Source: Thalia democratica (taxonomy: Eukaryota). Taken from it: a stretch of 64,000 nucleotides of DNA. Positions 58,801 to 64,000 of this stretch are shown piece after piece (position 1 is the first letter of the stretch; the number at the start of each line of letters is the position of its first letter). The DNA lies in assembly GCA_965202585.1 (NCBI GenBank), contig OZ241828.1, forward strand, positions 61,566,001-61,630,000. Direction: 5' to 3'. The position numbers were made by a program, and so were the translations under genes. A model generated the notes under the pieces. The model was given only the letters and a program-made list of their open reading frames with translations, was not told the origin of the DNA and did not search any database.

Positions 58801-61800
58801 AGTTTTAAACGGTCTAATTTGAGATTTTAGGATTTTTAAAGGTAGCAAAACACTTTATAATAACGTCTACAGAATTTATATTAAAGTCTGGAAACATAAA
58901 AACAAATACATCAGCTTCACATTACAACAACTTTTATGGTTTAAATTTTTTAAATGACAATCGAAACATTTATTACATGGAAAGTTTAAACAGTCCATAG
59001 GTAAAAATACAATCTTCTAAATCAATTTAACATTTGGCATAACCTACTAAACTTTATTTTTTTACAATTTATTTCGTTCTTAACAAACTTTTAAATAAAA
59101 ATTTTTGTTTAAACTAAAAAACGCTTCCTAATTTGCATGACGTAATCTTAACTAACGCCTGAATAATGACACTTTACCTTTTCTTATACTTTCTTTGTTA
59201 CTTTAAAACATTCCAAGTTTGACCAATTAGTGTCATAAAGGACCCAATTGTCTACTTCAATGTTAACTGTGTCATTATTTCCGTTTGATTGAACAGACAC
59301 CTAATTATATTTTACAAAAAACAAAGCACTTGAAATAAATACAAGCGTATCAGTAGGAAAAATATAATTGTTGCTTCGCTGCGAAGAACTACATTTTAAC
59401 TTATTTTACTTACTCAACCATGTTTTTACAATAAAAAGCATAAATTTAATTTGTATTTTCTTTGAAACAATGTATATTTAATAATATATAAGACTTAATA
59501 AGTTCTAATTAACGCAGTTCTATACTGTTTTGAAAGCTTGTGTAAACTTCTTCATTGTTAAGTGTCAAGAAAAACACTTAACAGATTCTTTATTGTCTAG
59601 TCTTTTCTTTCTTTATAACTTGAAACAAAAACAATCTAAACAATTGGCGGTAGGAAGACCTAATTGTGTTGTCGCAGAGTTTTTTAAACTCATTATTCTG
59701 TTAAATAGATTTTAAAAAAGCCTATTGAGTGTGTATAAACACTACTTACTAATTTATCATTGTCAAAAGTAAGTACCTTTTGAAAAATACTTGGAGTAAA
59801 CATATCTATGTGTTCCATAAAAATTTTACTACATATGGAATTTACTAACAAATTATTTTAAAACAAAATTTACTTTTATAATTTCAGTTTTAAAGTTAAG
59901 TAGGTTTTTACAACAAAAAAAACTTCCTAATTGTATAAAACTTTTACTACACAAACTTTCAAATACAAATTATTTTTATATGAAACAACAAACTTTTAAG
60001 CATCTTAACGGCGCCGGTAACTTTTTCGTTTTTACCATCCCTGTTCAGACAAATAGCAGCTCTGTACACTTGACCGAAGAACCCCTCATCTATTCGTTCG
60101 TGCAAGAAGATACTGTTGTGGAGAGCGTTTATATCAAATTCTTTATAATATAACAAAGTATTAATGAATTAAAATTGCATTTTTCACTTTAAAATATATT
60201 ATATTTGATAAATTTGGTTACAATAATAACATAACCTAGTAGCAAAACAAAATATAAACTACTTTACTTTCTTTATGATTTTTCAAATAATAAAGTGTAA
60301 TAATATAAAGTTAAATAACATTTAAATTAGAATTGGCTCTCAAAAAGCCATCAGTAGTAAGTTCAAAATTAGATAGTTTTTATTAACTTCAGAGCAAATT
60401 CATTTATTTAACTCAATTTGGAGACACTTTAAAAACACTTTGAAAGTTATTTGCGATTTTTTATATAAAAAGAAACTTTCAAGTACAGCTACTTGAGCAA
60501 AAATTTCAAAGTAACTTTGAATTTTATAACTTTTAAGTTAAAGAACTTTATTTATGAATAAGTTAGCTTTTTTTTAGTTATGTAGAATTTTCTTAAGTTT
60601 GTTAAAAACTAACTATTTTGTTACTGAATAACTTTAATAATGATAGTTAAAATCAGTATTAATACTTTTTAACTATTCGTGGGCATTAATTGTTAATTTT
60701 TTGCATTTTCTTTTCAAAACCTATACTAACGACATTTTGAACAGTTATTGCACTAAAAAACAACGAAGATATTTTAATAGGTAAATTGCAATGAGTAGTT
60801 TTTACTAATAGAGTTAAACAATTTTTATCTATTTTAATGAACTGGAAAACTACTTTTAAGTATCTCAATACTTGTATTTGGATATCAGATACTTATATGC
60901 CACTCAAATTATCATTAATGAACAAGTGCTGACAAAACTATATTCAAATTTTATTATATTGCTGAGTTTATCAGTTTAAACTGATTACACAGAGTATTAT
61001 CAACTAATAAGCTATACTAATAAAATTGCTGTACAGTTTGAAATTGTAACTCAACTTTAAAGTAGGCTAAGAACCAAAATATAATTTACTAGGTTACTTA
61101 GCTCACTTATTCGCATATATTCATTTATTTATGTAACATAACATTATGAATAATAATTGATGAGTAAAATGCCAAGAAAATAAAACTAATAGTCAAACTT
61201 AAAAAGTTTTTTTATTTATGTTTAGGATATGTACATAACTCCTTTTGAAAAAACAATTTATATATCTACAATGTAGACAAGAGATTTTTTAAAGATTTTT
61301 AACAACTAATTTGTAAACTTTTTATGATTTTATTATATAAATTTAGCATACCATCAAATAACTTTTATGAGCTAGTTTTTTACGACAAAATCAGGCTGTT
61401 ATTAACTTAGATATAACAAAAGGATAATACTTTATAATAAACCCGGTTTTTCAACGTGAACTCAACAGTTTTTGTTTTAACATTGAACAGGGGTTGTTTT
61501 GATAGCTGTTATACCAACAACTTTTACCAAGCACTCTTAATCATTTCCACATCTAATAAGTTAAAACATCAATATTTTATAATACTTCCTATACATTTAT
61601 TACCATGCAAAAAATCACACTGAGTTTTGTTTCTTACATAACTTTTAATTTAACTCAAACTTAATTACTCTTATAACGTTTGACTTGAATTAAAACAGTG
61701 CAAACTTACTTTTTTTTTTATTGTAAACGATTCAAATTATTAGAAAGTTTACCAGACTTTTTCTATTTTGGTAAAATTAGGGATATCACAATAAATTTGT

Positions 61801-64000
61801 TAACAAATTAGAATAATAACTTTCCGCCTCCTTATCTAATAAGTACGTTTATTTCTATTTGTTATTACTAACTAATATATAATCCTTTAAGCTTTCTAGC
61901 AAAAAATTTTAAATAATTTGTTTAACAGCCATCTATAGAACTTACAGTGTTTACCAAATTTTCAATTCGGATTTTCTAGTTATAAGACTTAGTTGATATA
62001 ATTATACCCAACTAAACAAATTTAAAAAATTTAAAATTTTGAGTTTTCCAAAAATATTTTTAACCTCAATAGATTAATCCCCTACCAACTACAACGGTTG
62101 TTTTCATAACCTACTTAATACTTCCAACTACATGTGGGGTTATGCAAACTATAACTCATCACAATTACCCAGCAAAAATCACTTCACAGTGACGTCACAA
62201 TTGATCGGGTTCGCGCACGCGCTTGTAATTAATAGTTAGCAGAGCATACACTTATTATTTCCGCTCTGCCCTGCAGATTAACTGATTAGCTGATTGTTTG
62301 AACAGCACACTCGCGCTTACTCGAGGTCGTTGACCCCTGACGCCATGTTGTTTTAATTAGAGTTTGTTGACCTTTTGATTTGTGTGAGTTTGTTGGGGTC
62401 TAGTTTATTGATTTGCATTTTTTTTTGTAACAAAAAGTGTTGCATCATACTCTAATTTTCAATGTCCAAGCTTGATATCATTAAATAACTTCCTTAAAAA
62501 CTCATCGAAAAAACTTTTTTTTTAGATTTAGGTTAAACTACTCACTCTTCTTAAAGACTTCTTAGTATTTTAATCTTAAGGACCTATTAAACACCTATAT
62601 TTAAAAATACCAACATAAATAAAAACTCCTTTTCTTTTCATAAGTACTGAGCTTTATTTATCACTCTATTAAAAGGAATAAAAGAAAAATGTTTGACATT
62701 TGAAATTACTTTAGTAGGGCGTCACTTACATTATAAATAGAAAAAGCTCGTAAATATTTTCATGTTTTAGATTTGTAAAACGTTTTTCAGAAATATTCAT
62801 GACTCTCGATAATTGTTGTATTAATTAAATTCAAAATACAAACTTTTACTGGCGAAAAATTCTTAGTATACTTATAATTTAATAAAATACTCCTTAGAAA
62901 GGACACAAAATATGTCATTGAAATTTTAATTTGAATTCAAGGCGTCATTTCAACTATTAATAGTAAATTCTTGCATGCTTCTTTTAAGTGCTTTTATTTT
63001 GACGTATCTTACAGGCGCCAACGGTATTTATTACGAATTTAAATATTATACCCGTGTCAGCGTTTTAATACGATATCCAATTTCTAAACAGTAAGACTTT
63101 TTATGTCAGCAAAAAAATTATGCTATAGTTAATAGTATAAACCGATATTGTACTACTAATGAAAAATTTTCTGTGAGCAAATATAGAAGCTTGACCTTTT
63201 CGAACAAAGTTTAAGTTATGAAAGGAATTTTCTAATTTGTAATAAGCAAGATTTAACACGTCATTGTAAATTAAATAATTCTAACTTTATGTTCTTTAAA
63301 TTTTTATTATTAAAAAAGTACATACTTGTCAAAGAGACCGACTAGTTTTGAAACGACACTAAACAGAAGCAAGGTATTTCTTTTTAGGTCTACTAACAAC
63401 TAAGATATCATACTTCAATGACTGCTGCTTTATTTATCAATTTAAACAGGTATTAATAAGTTAATTAAAATATTTCAAATTATGATCTAACTTCAACCGT
63501 ATGTTTTAACTTTTAACAAGCTCATAATAAACTTTGTCTTATCTATTGTCACTTATTAAAGTGCAGCTACTTTTATTATGAATGCCTCCTCTATCATTTT
63601 CTATAAAATCAACTTGACATATATAATTTTAAAAAACGAACTTTTTCCTAATTTTCCCAAATTTCCTGATTTGTAATTAACGTATTTAACTCAATACTGT
63701 AAATTACAAAATTCTAACTTTATGCTGTTTTACATTCATAAATACTAATAAGGTACTTATCTAACAGTTATATCAACAAATTTTTAAATGTTTCTTAGAA
63801 AAACGAACGTAGAAATATGTATTGTATTGTTTACTAACAATTAAGGTACTACTTGAACTATATAATTTCAAAAACTACTGAAAACGAACTTTTTCTTGGA
63901 AATCTCCCACTTTTCGTCGAAGGGGACGTTGCAGATGGGCAGGTGTATGTTGGGGGTGCCGCTGAACAGCAGCTTCTGCCACAATTCGTCCCCAAACATC
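43817..64000 (-). CDS. fgfr: FGFR-like receptor tyrosine kinase: juxtamembrane, kinase and C-tail exons (5' part lies beyond the window)
   Basis: Exons in transcription order: >64000-63890, 60112-59994, 51614-51458, 50119-49957, 48949-48827, 48607-48537, 48245-48102, 47829-47730, 44509-44332, 43878-43817 (TAA). All are GT-AG and phase-compatible. Motifs: DEKWEI, EGFFGQV, AVKMLK, EME...[40 protein letters not shown]...[41 protein letters not shown] (FGFR PLC-gamma-site-like). Confidence 0.92.
49480..49640. promoter_or_regulatory. CpG-rich intronic patch with clustered ETS-type sites
   Basis: CGCTTCCGA x2, GCGGAAAT, CGGGAAA x2 and TTACGTCA within ~160 bp of AT-rich intron. Confidence 0.35.
50606..51022 (+). 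mobile_element. Non-autonomous hammerhead-ribozyme retroelement (retrozyme/Penelope pLTR-like), ~328-bp unit with terminal direct repeat
   Basis: The direct repeat ggcaaacgaaagtccggacttgttctgcagactttcgccgattttgtt lies at 50630 and 50958 (period 328). It encloses an intact HHR, and a homologous copy is at 3693-3905. Confidence 0.8.
50825..50903 (+). ncRNA. Type I hammerhead ribozyme (minimal, palindromic helix III)
   Basis: Stem I GACTGA (50845-50)/TCAGTC (50882-87) extends through a bulge to 50825/50903. Core CTGATGA 50851-57; stem II GTCC-TAATAA-GGAC; GAAA 50872-75; helix III ACCGGT; GTC cleavage triplet ending at 50881. Confidence 0.92.
51064..51087. repeat. (TTG)n microsatellite
   Basis: About 8 TTG/GTT units. 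Confidence 0.8.
55640..56100. promoter_or_regulatory. Duplicated composite regulatory module in an FGFR intron
   Basis: Two copies of the ordered motifs tgttgacc ... aaaaaggtcaag ... ttgtatgcaaatt ... ttatgacgt (55641-55805 and 55993-56085). Confidence 0.45.
57040..57450. promoter_or_regulatory. Sox-site-rich candidate enhancer in an FGFR intron
   Basis: At least seven ACAAT(G)/CATTGT motifs in ~400 bp, one overlapping an octamer (ATTTGCATTGT near 57188). Confidence 0.4.
62180..62400. promoter_or_regulatory. CpG-rich promoter/enhancer-like patch in an FGFR intron
   Basis: TGACGTCA, CGCGCACGCGC, CTCGCGC and a YY1-type CGCCATGTT in a local GC island. Confidence 0.35.

Overview
AT-rich, intron-rich animal genomic DNA. 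It is possibly an ascidian/tunicate, which is an inference from gene structure, hAT MITEs and AG acceptors just before start codons. Three spliced genes were reconstructed by hand: a 3-exon RING + coiled-coil + Kelch protein (+, 5405-7679), a 7-exon cathepsin L (+, 21113-26009), and the 3' nine exons of an FGFR-like receptor tyrosine kinase (-, 43817 to beyond 64000). Two disabled paralogues of an orphan membrane-anchored ORF lie on the minus strand (1-533, 11468-12809). The most notable feature is not in the ORF track: about 25 related ~80-nt hairpins in two subfamilies at 26785-34062. They pair cleanly only on the minus strand (many G.U pairs, compensatory changes) and have pri-miRNA geometry, so this is a candidate lineage-specific polycistronic miRNA cluster. 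Also present: an intact type I hammerhead ribozyme in a ~330-bp retrozyme/Penelope-like unit antisense in an FGFR intron, and a rearranged copy at 3.7 kb whose forward half starts exactly at the ribozyme cleavage site. A 12 x 58-bp array multiplies a cathepsin splice donor, further splice-junction duplications recur, and there are two hAT MITEs. All coordinates were counted by hand; no searches or folding programs were run.
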